This document shows positions 54,667 through 63,942 of a stretch of 64,000 bases of DNA, piece after piece. The stretch is from Propionibacteriaceae bacterium (GTDB taxonomy: Bacteria > Actinomycetota > Actinomycetes > Propionibacteriales > Propionibacteriaceae), in contig DASUYM010000314.1 of NCBI GenBank assembly GCA_036377435.1, positions 547 to 64,546 on the forward strand. The letters run 5' to 3'. The notes beneath the pieces were generated by a model. It saw nothing but the letters and a program-made list of their open reading frames with translations, was not told where the DNA came from and did no database searches. The position numbers and the translations under genes were made by a program. Position 1 is the first letter of the stretch. Every line of letters starts with the position of its first letter.

Positions 54667-55242
54667 CGATCATCGGCGGGTCCGGGCAACTCGTCGCTGA
54701 GCCAAGCGGAGACAAACACATCGCCCCAAGCGGTCAACGCAATCTCCTTCTCCGTCTGGGAGAAGATTCCAAGATCGCTAAGGTTGTACAATTCGCGGCG
54801 CAGGCTCGAGTTGATCATGCGGCGGATAAGGTGGTAGTCCGACCCAGCCCGCTCACTGGGCGGCAGTATCCAGCTTTCGGTGAAGTCTGCGATTTCCTCC
54901 AGCGGGACCGCGCGGGGCCGCCGTACGAAGCTTCGGAGCAATGCATATCCCAACGCAGGTAGTCCGAAGCCTCGATCCTCGTCTAGACAGTTGCAGCAGC
55001 AGATCCTGGACGGATCCCGCGGGCCATGAGGTCGGGTCGAGATCGTCGTACGTCGCGCGGAGATCGAGCAAGCTCTCGAGCAGTTGCACGTCGACTTCCT
55101 TGTTCTTGGCCCGAAGCCAGGTCGTGAAGTGGCTGAGCAGGAGCCGATGTGGAGCGTCCGTCACGGCATGGTAGGGCCGGCGCGGCAGCCAACAAAGTGC
55201 TGGCAGGTGCCCGGCGCGCGGAAATCTGCAATTCGTCAGCAC
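54663..55242 (-). pseudogene. hypothetical gene split over two frames (possible frameshift near 54985)
   Basis: ORF 54853..55242 reads ...LLLSHFTTWLRAKNKEVDVQLLESLLDLRATYDDLDPTSWPAGSVQDLLLQL. It continues naturally in the frame of ORF 54663..54953 as LDEDRGFGLPALGYALLRSFVRRPRAVPLEEIADF...LTAWGDVFVSAWL. No family is recognised. Confidence 0.3.
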
Positions 55243-55310
55243 TTAGCTGCGTCCGGGCCAGTCTCGCGCGTGGCTTTCCCACGCTGCCAGGGATATTGAC
55301 GCTCGCGGAG

Positions 55311-55388
55311 CGTTTCTCCGCACAAGGCCACGAATGAAGCAGGTTTTGCACGAGATGGTCGATTTATGTGGCCTTGTGCGGAGAAACG
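55311..55388. repeat. perfect 21-bp inverted repeat with 36-nt A+T-rich loop
   Basis: CGTTTCTCCGCACAAGGCCAC (55311-55331) is the exact reverse complement of GTGGCCTTGTGCGGAGAAACG (55368-55388). Confidence 0.85.
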
Positions 55389-55473
55389 GCGAGACGTGAC
55401 TGCCATCGACTCATTTCGCTGCTGATTGGGCCGCCCCCGCAGTACTTCTCAGCGACTCCTCCGCCAGGTCGCC

Positions 55474-56235
55474 CTAGCGGGCCAAGTACCCTCCATCGAC
55501 CGGGTAATAGGAGCCGGTAACGAACGAAGAGGCATCACTGGCCAACCACGCGACGAGCTCGGCGACCTCTTCGGATCGACCCAGTCGCTGCAGTGCGTGC
55601 TGTCCGGCCAGGAAGTCGAGCGCCGACTGCTCCAGGTTCGCCTCCAGCAGCGGGGTCATGATGAAGCCCGGACCTACGGCGTTGACGCGTACACCGTCGG
55701 CGGCATGCTCCCAGGCGGCCACCTTTGTCATGCCCAGAACGCCGTGCTTGGCCGCGACGTACGCGCTGGACATGGCAAAGCCGACCTGACCCAAGATCGA
55801 AGCCATGTTGATCACGGAGCCGCCGCCACTGCGCCGCATCGCCTGGATGCCCGCGCGCATGGTGTAGAAGACGCCGTCGAGATTCACCCCGATCACCTGG
55901 TGCCAGGAGGCGTCGCTGTACTCAGCTGTAGGCTTCTGCTCCCCGCCGATACCGGCGTTGGCAACAACGATGTCGACTCGGCCGAGAGCATCGGCTGCGT
56001 CCTCCATCGCATCGTTGACCTGACCGGAATCGGATACGTCGACGGTTGCCGTACGAGTGGCCCGGCCGTACTGCTCTAACTCAGCCACGGCCTCCTCCAG
56101 CGCCTCTGCCTTCAGATCCCATAGGCACACGCTGGCGCCCGAACGAGCCAGCGCATGAGCGCAAGCGAGGCCGATTCCCGAGGCCCCACCGGTGACGACG
56201 GCCACCTTGCCGTCGAGTTCGTAGTTGATCATCAC
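55474..56235 (-). CDS. SDR family oxidoreductase (FabG-like)
   Basis: Motifs are GKVAVVTGGASGIGLA, NAG and SSAYVAAKHG (Y-x3-K). Confidence 0.85.
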   Translation of the reverse strand: MMINYELDGKVAVVTGGASGIGLACAHALARSGASVCLWDLKAEALEEAVAELEQYGRATRTATVDVSDSGQVNDAMEDAADALGRVDIVVANAGIGGEQKPTAEYSDASWHQVIGVNLDGVFYTMRAGIQAMRRSGGGSVINMASILGQVGFAMSSAYVAAKHGVLGMTKVAAWEHAADGVRVNAVGPGFIMTPLLEANLEQSALDFLAGQHALQRLGRSEEVAELVAWLASDASSFVTGSYYPVDGGYLAR

Positions 56236-56596
56236 TCCTCCTGCCTTGGCCGCACTGACGCACAGCGGGTTCGCTCTCTCGAGTTCCTGAGCACCGACAC
56301 ACAGTAGTGTGCTCAGCTACCCCGGGGGGGCGACCAGGGGGCTGAAAGCGAGCGCGGTCCCGGCCTGACCGTCCTGATGCGTCTGTTGCCCCTTGCGAAT
56401 TGAGATCAATCGGTCATTCTGCCTATGGCTTTATGGCCGTGATTGCGGTTGAGTGGGTATGAACCCAAATGTCTCTGAAGTCCTATTCCGGTGTGCCGGT
56501 CTTCGGCATGCGGCCACCGTCGGGCGTGCTTCGAGCGCGACCGCGGTTGGTCCATACGAAGATCAACACCGTGGGCCCAGCCTTGAGGAGGTTGCA

Positions 56597-57094
56597 GTGA
56601 GTGTGTTGCGATTCGACCCGTTCGGTGATCCGTTCCGGCAGGTGGATCGGCTGACGAACCAGCTGCTGTCAGGAACCCGAACCCCGATGGGGATGCCGAT
56701 GGATGTCTGGCAGGCCGAGGACGGGTTTCATGTCTCGCTGGACCTTCCCGGTGTGGATCCGTCCAGTGTCGACATCACCACCGAGCGAAACGTCTTGACG
56801 ATCACTGCAGAGCGTCGCCCGGAATACCAGCAGGCTCAGAACGTCCTTGTGGCGGAGCGGCCTCAAGGAAGCTTCACGCGACAGTTGCAATTGGGCGACA
56901 CGGTGGACTCCGAGAACGTCCAGGCGACGTATGCCGACGGGGTCCTGCATCTAACGCTCCCGATCACTCAGGCTGCCCAGCCGCGCCGAATTCAAGTGCA
57001 GACTGGCGGCGGCGGCGAACGTCAGATTGAGGTCGAGGCCGAGTCGGCGGAACCGGCTAGCCCGTCCGGGGAGTCCACCCAAAGCGGTTCGTAG
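56597..57094 (+). CDS. Hsp20/alpha-crystallin family small heat-shock protein
   Basis: GTG 56597 follows GAGGAGG. The sequence reads VLRFDPFGDPFRQVDRL...DVWQAEDGFHVSLDLPGVDPSSVDITTERNVLTITAER...ATYADGVLHLTLP. Confidence 0.8.
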   Translation: MSVLRFDPFGDPFRQVDRLTNQLLSGTRTPMGMPMDVWQAEDGFHVSLDLPGVDPSSVDITTERNVLTITAERRPEYQQAQNVLVAERPQGSFTRQLQLGDTVDSENVQATYADGVLHLTLPITQAAQPRRIQVQTGGGGERQIEVEAESAEPASPSGESTQSGS

Positions 57095-57127
57095 GCGGCG
57101 ACGCCGAGAAAGTGTGAGGAGATCTTT

Positions 57128-57682
57128 GTGTCACAGCTGCTGGTATTTGGAGTCGACAGCTCTCAAACGGCGGAGAAGGTGCTCGACCTGGCAGGCGATC
57201 TGGCGAAGCAACAACTGCTGGAGCTGGCGGACGCAGCCTGGGTGGAACGCACCCCGGACGGCAAGGTCAAGCTTCACCAGTCAGTGAACTTGACTGCAAC
57301 CATGGCCGGGACGGGCGCGGTGACCGGCGCGCTGTGGGGCACCTTGATCGGGTTATTGTTCCTCAACCCGTTGGCCGGTGCGGTCGTCGGAGCTGGTGTG
57401 GGTGCTGGAACAGGTGCAGTAACCGGATCCTTGACCGATATTGGAGTCAACGACAACCTGATCCGCGAGATAGGGGAGACACTCGAGCCCGGCAAGGCCG
57501 CCGTGTTCTTCCTGGCTCGGAACGCCACCGTGGACCGGGTCATCGAGGCCCTCAAGCCGTACAACCCGCGAGTAATTCAGACTAACTTGAGCGTGGACAG
57601 CGAACGCGAGCTGATCGAGGCGCTGCAAGGCAAGAACGTCGGTGCGGAAGCGGGCAGCGCGTCGCAGCAGCCGAGCAGCTAA
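57128..57682 (+). CDS. DUF1269-family membrane (glycine-zipper) stress protein
   Basis: GTG lies 7 nt after GAGGAG. The sequence reads LLVFGVDSSQTAEKVLDLAGDLAKQQLLELADAAWV...GALWGTLIGLLFLNPLAGAVVGAGVGAGTGAVTGSLTDIGVNDNLI. It starts 33 nt after hsp20. Confidence 0.75.
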   Translation: MSQLLVFGVDSSQTAEKVLDLAGDLAKQQLLELADAAWVERTPDGKVKLHQSVNLTATMAGTGAVTGALWGTLIGLLFLNPLAGAVVGAGVGAGTGAVTGSLTDIGVNDNLIREIGETLEPGKAAVFFLARNATVDRVIEALKPYNPRVIQTNLSVDSERELIEALQGKNVGAEAGSASQQPSS

Positions 57683-57744
57683 GCCTCTGTCATAGGTCAA
57701 TTGCCTGGCCGATCGCGGTCAGTGCGATGCTCGAGCGTGCCCGC

Positions 57745-58533
57745 CTACTGCGCTAGAAATCCCCCGTCAACGGGAAGTATCGCGCCAGTGATGAAGGACG
57801 CCTGATCGGAGGCAAGGAACAAGATCGCCTCCGCCACCTCGCTCGGCTCGCCCAGCCTTCCCATCGGGTGTGCGGCTTTGATCACCTCCAGATACTCCCG
57901 CCCGCCCGGCTCCTCGGGCAGCCGCTGCACCCGCTCAGTGTTGATCGTTCCTGGCGCCACCGCATTGACCCGAATGCCATGGCTCGCCCATTCGACAGCC
58001 AGATGCTTGGTCAGACCGGAGGCGACGAATTTCGCCGGACCATAGGTCGACTGTCGTGCTTGGCCGGCCACACCTGAGATCGAGGACAAACAGACGATGG
58101 ACCCGCCGCCGGTAGTCAACATCTGCTCGATCGCGTACTTGCACGTCAAGAACATGCCGCGGCCGTCAATCGCCATGACCTCTTCCCAGTCATCGGCTGT
58201 GGCTTCGACGACAGACGCAAGCGGAATGATGCCCGCGTTGGCGACCGCGATGTCAAGCCGGCCGTACTGCTCAATGGCGACGTTGATCATCCGGCGGGAA
58301 TCCTCCGGCTTCGACACGTCCGCCGTCACGACGGCGACATCATCTGTCACGTCCGCAAGCGAATCGTGTAGCGCCGACATGCCGTCAGTATTGATATCCG
58401 CCAGAACAAGACGGGCCCCCTCGCGTGCAAACAGTTCTGCCGTCGCACGGCCTATCCCGGCCGCCGCACCCGTCACCACAGCACACTTTCCGAGCAGGCG
58501 CCCAGAACTTCCTCTGGTGGACGATGCCATCAC
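57745..58533 (-). CDS. SDR family oxidoreductase
   Basis: Motifs are GKCAVVTGAAAGIGRA, NAG and STYGPAKF (Y-x3-K). Confidence 0.85.
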   Translation of the reverse strand: MMASSTRGSSGRLLGKCAVVTGAAAGIGRATAELFAREGARLVLADINTDGMSALHDSLADVTDDVAVVTADVSKPEDSRRMINVAIEQYGRLDIAVANAGIIPLASVVEATADDWEEVMAIDGRGMFLTCKYAIEQMLTTGGGSIVCLSSISGVAGQARQSTYGPAKFVASGLTKHLAVEWASHGIRVNAVAPGTINTERVQRLPEEPGGREYLEVIKAAHPMGRLGEPSEVAEAILFLASDQASFITGAILPVDGGFLAQ

Positions 58534-58578
58534 CGCAGTCGCTGATTCTCAAACATGGCAATACTCGCCTTCTCAAAC

Positions 58579-59121
58579 TCAGCCTCCATCGGCTGCGTTG
58601 GTTCTCGCACCCGCCGCGACCGCATGCCGGCTTTGAAGCCAGCTGAAGTAGTCCCACCAGGAGGCTCTGATTTCATCCTCGGTGAGTCCGAGATCGTAGG
58701 CGGGTGAAAAGAGCGGAAGAGCCTTTTCGATCTTCACGAGAACGATATGGCGGATCCTGGCGCGGACGTCCCTCATTGGCGGTTCGCCGCTCTGATAGAA
58801 CGCCAGGATCCGCTCGAAGAGCGCACCGTCTCGGAGGACCTGCGCCGATCCTTTGAATCGATATCCTCTCCGGGCAATCGGATCGACGACGTTCACCTCC
58901 ACAGCACGATTCGTGCCGAGGTTCTCCACGGTCTGCGGCGACATGAGGTCACAGAAGACAAGGTGCTCGTCGTCCCAGACCCTGGTGGTCCCCTTGGGGG
59001 AGAGATTGGGCGTGCCGTCGGAGCATACGGTGGCCACGAATCCGAGCCGCTGTTCGCCAACGATTCGCTTCATATCTGGCGTCAGTATCGGGGCGGGTTC
59101 CGGTTGCACCGAAGACATCAT
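58579..59121 (-). CDS. pyridoxamine 5'-phosphate oxidase-family (FMN-binding split barrel) protein
   Basis: The sequence includes MKRIVGEQRLGFVATVCSDGTPNLSPKGTTRVWDDEHLVFCDLMSPQTVENL. Confidence 0.7.
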   Translation of the reverse strand: MMSSVQPEPAPILTPDMKRIVGEQRLGFVATVCSDGTPNLSPKGTTRVWDDEHLVFCDLMSPQTVENLGTNRAVEVNVVDPIARRGYRFKGSAQVLRDGALFERILAFYQSGEPPMRDVRARIRHIVLVKIEKALPLFSPAYDLGLTEDEIRASWWDYFSWLQSRHAVAAGARTNAADGG

Positions 59122-59221
59122 CGACCTCCTCGCGTTCTACCCATGGTTTCAGGCGTGAGCTTCTGCACCAGTCCTGAGTCACCAAACCGAGCGGATAGTA
59201 GAGCGACGCAGTTGCCATGAT

Positions 59222-60304
59222 GTGGATGTGAGCACTCCCCCGAGCCGAACGCCCAGTCAGGTCCGACGCTGGCGGCAATATCTCGCCGACGAGCGCTCTG
59301 AGGCCGCTGGCTACCGCCGGCTTGCGGAGCGCCGGACGGGCGAGGAACGAGACATCCTGCTCGCGCTGGCCGATGCGGAAAAGCGGCACGAGTCGCACTG
59401 GTTGGAATTACTCGGCGACGACGTCGGTCCGCCGCGCCGCAGCAGCCTGCGCACCCGGCTGCTCGTCTTCCTCGCCGCGCACTTCGGCGCCGTCTTCGTG
59501 CTCGCCCTGATGCAACGCGCCGAGGGCCGCTCGCCGTACGAGACGGACGCGGACGCTACCGACCGGATGGCGGCCGACGAGCGGATTCACGGCGAAGTGC
59601 TGCGGGGTCTTGCCGCGCGTGGCCGCGAACAGCTGTCCGGAACGTTGCGGGCCGCCGTATTCGGCGCAAACGACGGCCTGGTCAGCAACCTGGCCCTGGT
59701 GCTGGGGATCGGGGCCACTGGTGCCGATGTACGCACGATATTGTTCACCGGCCTCGCCGGCCTGCTGGCTGGAGCGCTGTCCATGGGCGCGGGGGAGTAT
59801 GTGTCGGTCCGGTCACAGCGTGAGCTTCTCCAGTCGACTCATCCCGACCCGGAGTCGCAGTCGGCGCTGCCACATCTGGATGTCGACGCCAACGAGCTTG
59901 CGCTGGTCTATCGGGCTCGGGGGATGCAGCCACCGGAGGCAGAGGAACATGCCCGTACGGTGTTGGCCACGCTGCACCTGGATGCCGTCCCACCGGAGGC
60001 AGCCGGAGTCGACCCGCATGAGGCGGTCGGGTCTGCCTGGAGCGCGACACTCTCCAGCTTCTGCTTCTTCGCTTCCGGCGCCCTGGTGCCGGTGCTGCCG
60101 TACCTGTTCGGTGCCTCCGGGTGGACTGCGGTAGTGATCGCCACCGCGCTGGTCGGGATCGCGCTGCTCGGCACCGGTGCGGTCGTCGGTCTGCTGTCCG
60201 GCGCGTCGCCGCTCAAGCGGGCGCTGCGCCAGCTTGCCATCGGCTACGGCGCGGCGGCCGTCACCTATCTCTTGGGCCGTGCGTTCGGTGCCACCGTGGG
60301 TTAA
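59222..60304 (+). CDS. VIT1/CCC1-family iron/manganese transporter with N-terminal ferritin-like domain
   Basis: The ferritin-like region reads ERSEAAGYRRLAE...LADAEKRHESHW. The VIT1 region reads LRAAVFGANDGLVSNLALVLG and includes 5 TM helices. Confidence 0.75.
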   Translation: MDVSTPPSRTPSQVRRWRQYLADERSEAAGYRRLAERRTGEERDILLALADAEKRHESHWLELLGDDVGPPRRSSLRTRLLVFLAAHFGAVFVLALMQRAEGRSPYETDADATDRMAADERIHGEVLRGLAARGREQLSGTLRAAVFGANDGLVSNLALVLGIGATGADVRTILFTGLAGLLAGALSMGAGEYVSVRSQRELLQSTHPDPESQSALPHLDVDANELALVYRARGMQPPEAEEHARTVLATLHLDAVPPEAAGVDPHEAVGSAWSATLSSFCFFASGALVPVLPYLFGASGWTAVVIATALVGIALLGTGAVVGLLSGASPLKRALRQLAIGYGAAAVTYLLGRAFGATVG

Positions 60305-60364
60305 GCGAGTTTCTTCCAGCGGGCCGCCCCAGCGACGCGGGCGGCTCTCAGAGAAAGGATTTCA

Positions 60365-60811
60365 ATGATGACGCAAAGAGATGAACAGCTTCATGGGTTT
60401 TCACTCACCCGGACCCTTCCCGCCGAGCCTCGCGAAGTCTTCTCCTACTTCACCGACGCGGAGAAGTTCGCCCGATGGTTCGTGGTGCCCGGCTACCTCA
60501 CACCGGCGTCGCGGCTGTCGCTCGACCCGCGACCGGGTGGGCGGATTGAAGGGGTGATGGTGTCGGCCGCAGACGAATCGGAGATTCCGTTCGAACTCAG
60601 GTACGGAACAATCGACCCGCCCACGGCAGTAGGGTTCGTCTTTCCCAACCCGGCCGACAACGTCACGATGACACTGGTCGATCTGGCTGAGGGGCGGACG
60701 AACCTGACCTACCGGAACGAGGGCTCGCCGCCGGAGGCTCGCGCGGAGGCCGTCGCCGGCGTCGTCATCATGCTCGATGCGATTGAATCCTCGCTGAGCG
60801 AGAGTCGCTGA
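60365..60811 (+). CDS. SRPBCC (AHSA1/START-like) domain protein
   Basis: The sequence includes FSLTRTLPAEPREVFSYFTDAEKFARWF. AAAGGA lies upstream of the ATG. Confidence 0.65.
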   Translation: MMTQRDEQLHGFSLTRTLPAEPREVFSYFTDAEKFARWFVVPGYLTPASRLSLDPRPGGRIEGVMVSAADESEIPFELRYGTIDPPTAVGFVFPNPADNVTMTLVDLAEGRTNLTYRNEGSPPEARAEAVAGVVIMLDAIESSLSESR

Positions 60812-60835
60812 CAGCGTTTCGGCGCTGTCCCGAGA

Positions 60836-61501
60836 TCACCGCCTGACGGTACTGGTTCTAGAGGATCCGATGTTGGACTTGATCCAGTCATTCATCGGCC
60901 CACACGCGTCGAAGGTATCGACGACGAATCTCCGTACGGCTGCGGCGTCGCGGAGCTCGGACCCCTCCAGTCGGCGATGCGCGCTTACCGCCTTCTGTCG
61001 CAGCAGGTCGACACGGGGATGATCTCTCGGATATCCGCGGGGCGCCGTCCTGAGTGGCTCAGTCATGCCATGTCCGACCTCGAAGCCACGCTTGCTGAGC
61101 TCGTCCAGGATGCCTTCGAGCGCACGACCGGTGCTATCGGCCGCCACCGCCTCCCGATACCGTTCCAGCTGATCAGGCGCCATCATGTACGCGCCACACG
61201 CTGCCATGAGCCCGCGCGCGTCCAGGTGCACGTAATGGACCGTGCCATCGGCTTCGTGCGCGGCCCCATGCTGGGTCTTGTACGGCGACTTGTCATGTGA
61301 GAAGCGGATGTCACGGTTCATCCGAAAGATCTTGAATGGACCGAACCGTTCTGGCAGCGATTCCACCAGCGCAGCCATCGGCTCCTTGACTTCGTTCTCG
61401 AAGACTGCCTTATTCACGGTCCAGTACTCCTTCGAGTTGTTGCGCTCGAGACGGGCAAAGAACTTGGTCGCTTTCGGCGTAAAGCCTCCTGCCTCCGTCA
61501 C
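60836..61501 (-). CDS. DUF2461 (TIGR02453-like) family protein
   Basis: The sequence includes FTPKATKFFARLERNNSKEYW...FKIFRMNRDIRFSHDKSPYKT. Confidence 0.75.
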   Translation of the reverse strand: MTEAGGFTPKATKFFARLERNNSKEYWTVNKAVFENEVKEPMAALVESLPERFGPFKIFRMNRDIRFSHDKSPYKTQHGAAHEADGTVHYVHLDARGLMAACGAYMMAPDQLERYREAVAADSTGRALEGILDELSKRGFEVGHGMTEPLRTAPRGYPRDHPRVDLLRQKAVSAHRRLEGSELRDAAAVRRFVVDTFDACGPMNDWIKSNIGSSRTSTVRR

Positions 61502-61588
61502 GGCGTGCCTCCTCGATCACTCAGCGATGTGAGTCTTCAGGGTCGCGTCGCTGATGTAAAGCTCCCCGCTACAGGGAAGGGGAAGCTG

Positions 61589-61907
61589 TCAGCTGGCCAG
61601 CTGTTGTGGCGGGCTGACGGCCCGCCAGATCATCTGGGCGAACTCGGAGTCACCTATGGGATGGGTGCCGCTCGCGTTGACCAGATAAATCCGGTGCTGG
61701 GGTGATCGCCATAGCCACGTGCCGGGTACGGGCTGGCGGACCCGCCAGCCGGCGTGGGTTTGTAGCGGTGGTGACGTCGGGTGTGGGGTCCGAGGTTCCC
61801 GCGACCATTCCTGAGACTTCCAGCCGAGGACAACACCGCTCGATCCGGCCAATCTCGATCCGGACAATGCTGGCGCGACAGGAGGTCGAGTGAGCCGAGG
61901 GTCCCAC
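61589..61907 (-). pseudogene. truncated, frameshifted C-terminal remnant of a second DUF222/HNH gene
   Basis: One frame reads ...NLGPHTRRHHRYK, which is the HNH core. The next frame continues THAGWRVRQPVPGTWLWRSPQHRIYLVNASGTHPIGDSEFAQMIWRAV. This is colinear with KTHSRWRVRQPEPGVWLWQSPHQNYYLVTNAGTQHLGDGSFARRVWKAA of 17773..19395. The frame switch is at the A-run TACAAACCC (plus strand about 61759-61761). Confidence 0.65.
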
Positions 61908-61926
61908 TAGCGGCTAGGGCGTACTG

Positions 61927-62751
61927 CTAGGAGTCGGTGTCGTCTCCGCCGAGGTATTCGGCTCCGGCATCTGGGGCGGATGCTGCCATTCTGGGCCCGC
62001 TCGGCATGAAGCTGAAATAGTCAGGCTGCAAGTGCTGGATGTCGGTCATGAGCCATAGCCATCCGCTATCCCGGCTGAATCTAAGCGAGAGGACGCCGGT
62101 GTTGTCCCACCAACCGAGTCGTGTGAATCCGCGATACGAAGCCAGCTGGTGCTCTGGTGTGTCCAAGCCGGCCACTGCGGTAAACATCAGGTGGGCGAGC
62201 CAAACCTTGAGGATGCCGCCGTGGGCGACCACTACAGTCAGCCGCTCCGGCCGGGCCTCGAGATATCGGCGGATCTCCTCTGCGCGCCGCCATAGGTCGT
62301 AAAGGTTCTCCTCGTCGGAGAAACGGCCGTCAGGCTTGTCGGCCACCGCCATGGCGGCATGCTGGATCTCCCGCGCCTGAGGGTCGTGGAACGCCAATCC
62401 TTGCAGCTCGCTGGGGAGGTCGATCTCTCGTAGGAGCGAAGGATGGTTCGCAAGGTCAGGGTCGTCTGCCGGCAGATCCACCCATGAGGAACCCTCCCAC
62501 ACCGGGACGATGTGCGGGGCCCCTGTCGCCTGGGCGATGGCGCCCGCGGTGCTGCGCGCGCGCAAATAGCTGCTGCTGATGATCAGGTTGACGGGCAGGG
62601 CCGAAGGGCGTTCAGCGAGGCGGCTAGCATCCTCCGAACCAAGCGGGGTGAGAGGGTCCAAGTCGTACTGATTGCCAGCTTGGAAGGTGTTCGTGGCGTT
62701 CGTTTGACTCTCGCCGTGGCGAATAACGATGAACTGCTGATAATCGGCCAT
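61927..62751 (-). CDS. histidine phosphatase (phosphoglycerate-mutase-like) family protein
   Basis: The catalytic motif is FIVIRHGESQTN. Later motifs are SSSYLRARST and VVAHGG. Confidence 0.8.
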   Translation of the reverse strand: MADYQQFIVIRHGESQTNATNTFQAGNQYDLDPLTPLGSEDASRLAERPSALPVNLIISSSYLRARSTAGAIAQATGAPHIVPVWEGSSWVDLPADDPDLANHPSLLREIDLPSELQGLAFHDPQAREIQHAAMAVADKPDGRFSDEENLYDLWRRAEEIRRYLEARPERLTVVVAHGGILKVWLAHLMFTAVAGLDTPEHQLASYRGFTRLGWWDNTGVLSLRFSRDSGWLWLMTDIQHLQPDYFSFMPSGPRMAASAPDAGAEYLGGDDTDS

Positions 62752-63030
62752 GCCGCCGCCTTATCCAGCATCGAACGAATGAACTCGTGGGTGACTTCAA
62801 CGTCAACGGACCCTTGGCGGCTTCCACTACGTCGCCGTTCATTCTTCAGGGCGGCGAGTAGCAGGTAGTTTTCCTATGGGAAGTGGAGTCATCGGTAGCG
62901 GAAGCATCCTCGGCGTCGCGGTCGCCCATGCTGCAAGCGTATTCGAGCTGGGCTGGCGGCGCCGGGCCGTAGCGGGCAGCGGCAGGTGATGGGAGGCTAG
63001 TCGGATAGCAAGTGGAGCGCACCGACCGAC

Positions 63031-63942
63031 GTGTTGACCCACACCTACGGCGACGAAGGAAGCACCACCCCGGTGACCACCGGCCTGTCCCAACTCGTGA
63101 GGCGCCATCCCCTGGCGGCTTTTCTCGTTCTGACCTACGGCTTGTCGTGGGCCTTATGGATCCCACTCGCCATCTTTCGGGACGCCGTCCCTGGACCACT
63201 TGTCTTCACCGCCCTTCTCATCGGCTCGAACATCCCGTCGGCGGTCGCGATCGTCCTCACGGCCATCGGGCTCGGAAGGAGCGCCACTCGCAAGCTCCTC
63301 GGCCAACTCCTGATCTGGCGAGTCGGCTGGCGGTGGTACCTCGTCCTCCTCGCGCCGGCCGCGCTCGTTGTCGGCACCATTACCCTCGTTTCCCTTATGC
63401 GCGGCGGCCCGACAGCTGCACTGGCCGTTCCGCTGTTGAACGCGATCTTCCTCGTGGCGTTCATGACCTTTCCGGGCAGCTCGCTTGGCGAGGAGATCGG
63501 CTGGCGCGGGTACGCACTTCCCCGGCTCCAATCCAGACGTACGGCGCTGACCGCCAGTCTCGTGGTCGGGACCCTGCATGGCCTCTGGCACCTGCCACTG
63601 TGGCTGAGGGGAGAACCTGATCATCCGCTCAGCGTCTACCCCGCCTTCGTCATCCAGGCGCTCGCGCTGTCCGTGATCTATACGTGGCTGTACAACAGCA
63701 CCAATGGCAGCCTGCTCCTCGCGGTTCTGTTCCACACGGCAACGAACGCACCCTTGACCTTGGTGCTTTTGCCCCTCGGGGTCGAGAACTGGCTCCTACC
63801 GTTCTGGCTGATGGCCCCGTTATCGGTTGTGGCGGCCCTCGTCGTGGTAGCGGTGTTTGGGCCGTCGAACCTGTCCCGGCACCCACGGCAAACCCAGCCC
63901 GCAACGCCAGCAGAAGCGCCAGCCGATGGTGTCACCCGATGA
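63031..63942 (+). CDS. CPBP-family intramembrane glutamic endopeptidase (CAAX protease/Abi-like)
   Basis: Motif 1 is SSLGEEIGWRGYALPRL, motif 2 is HGLWHLP and motif 3 is FHTATN. There are about 8 TM helices. The start is TTG. Confidence 0.8.
   Translation: MLTHTYGDEGSTTPVTTGLSQLVRRHPLAAFLVLTYGLSWALWIPLAIFRDAVPGPLVFTALLIGSNIPSAVAIVLTAIGLGRSATRKLLGQLLIWRVGWRWYLVLLAPAALVVGTITLVSLMRGGPTAALAVPLLNAIFLVAFMTFPGSSLGEEIGWRGYALPRLQSRRTALTASLVVGTLHGLWHLPLWLRGEPDHPLSVYPAFVIQALALSVIYTWLYNSTNGSLLLAVLFHTATNAPLTLVLLPLGVENWLLPFWLMAPLSVVAALVVVAVFGPSNLSRHPRQTQPATPAEAPADGVTR

Noticed and set aside
55334-55399. A 21-codon ORF (MKQVLHEMVDLCGLVRRNGET) starting inside the loop of the 21-bp inverted repeat.
   Set aside because: There is no RBS, half of it is the repeat arm, and there is no conservation evidence. 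It is mentioned only so that it can be checked if the element proves to be transcribed.
56287-56316. The inverted repeat CTGAGCAC-N14-GTGCTCAG upstream of hsp20, considered as a CIRCE or HAIR heat-shock operator.
   Set aside because: It matches neither CIRCE (TTAGCACTC-N9-GAGTGCTAA) nor HAIR (CTTGAGT-N7-ACTCAAG) in sequence or spacing. It lies about 280 nt from the hsp20 start and closer to the divergent SDR gene.
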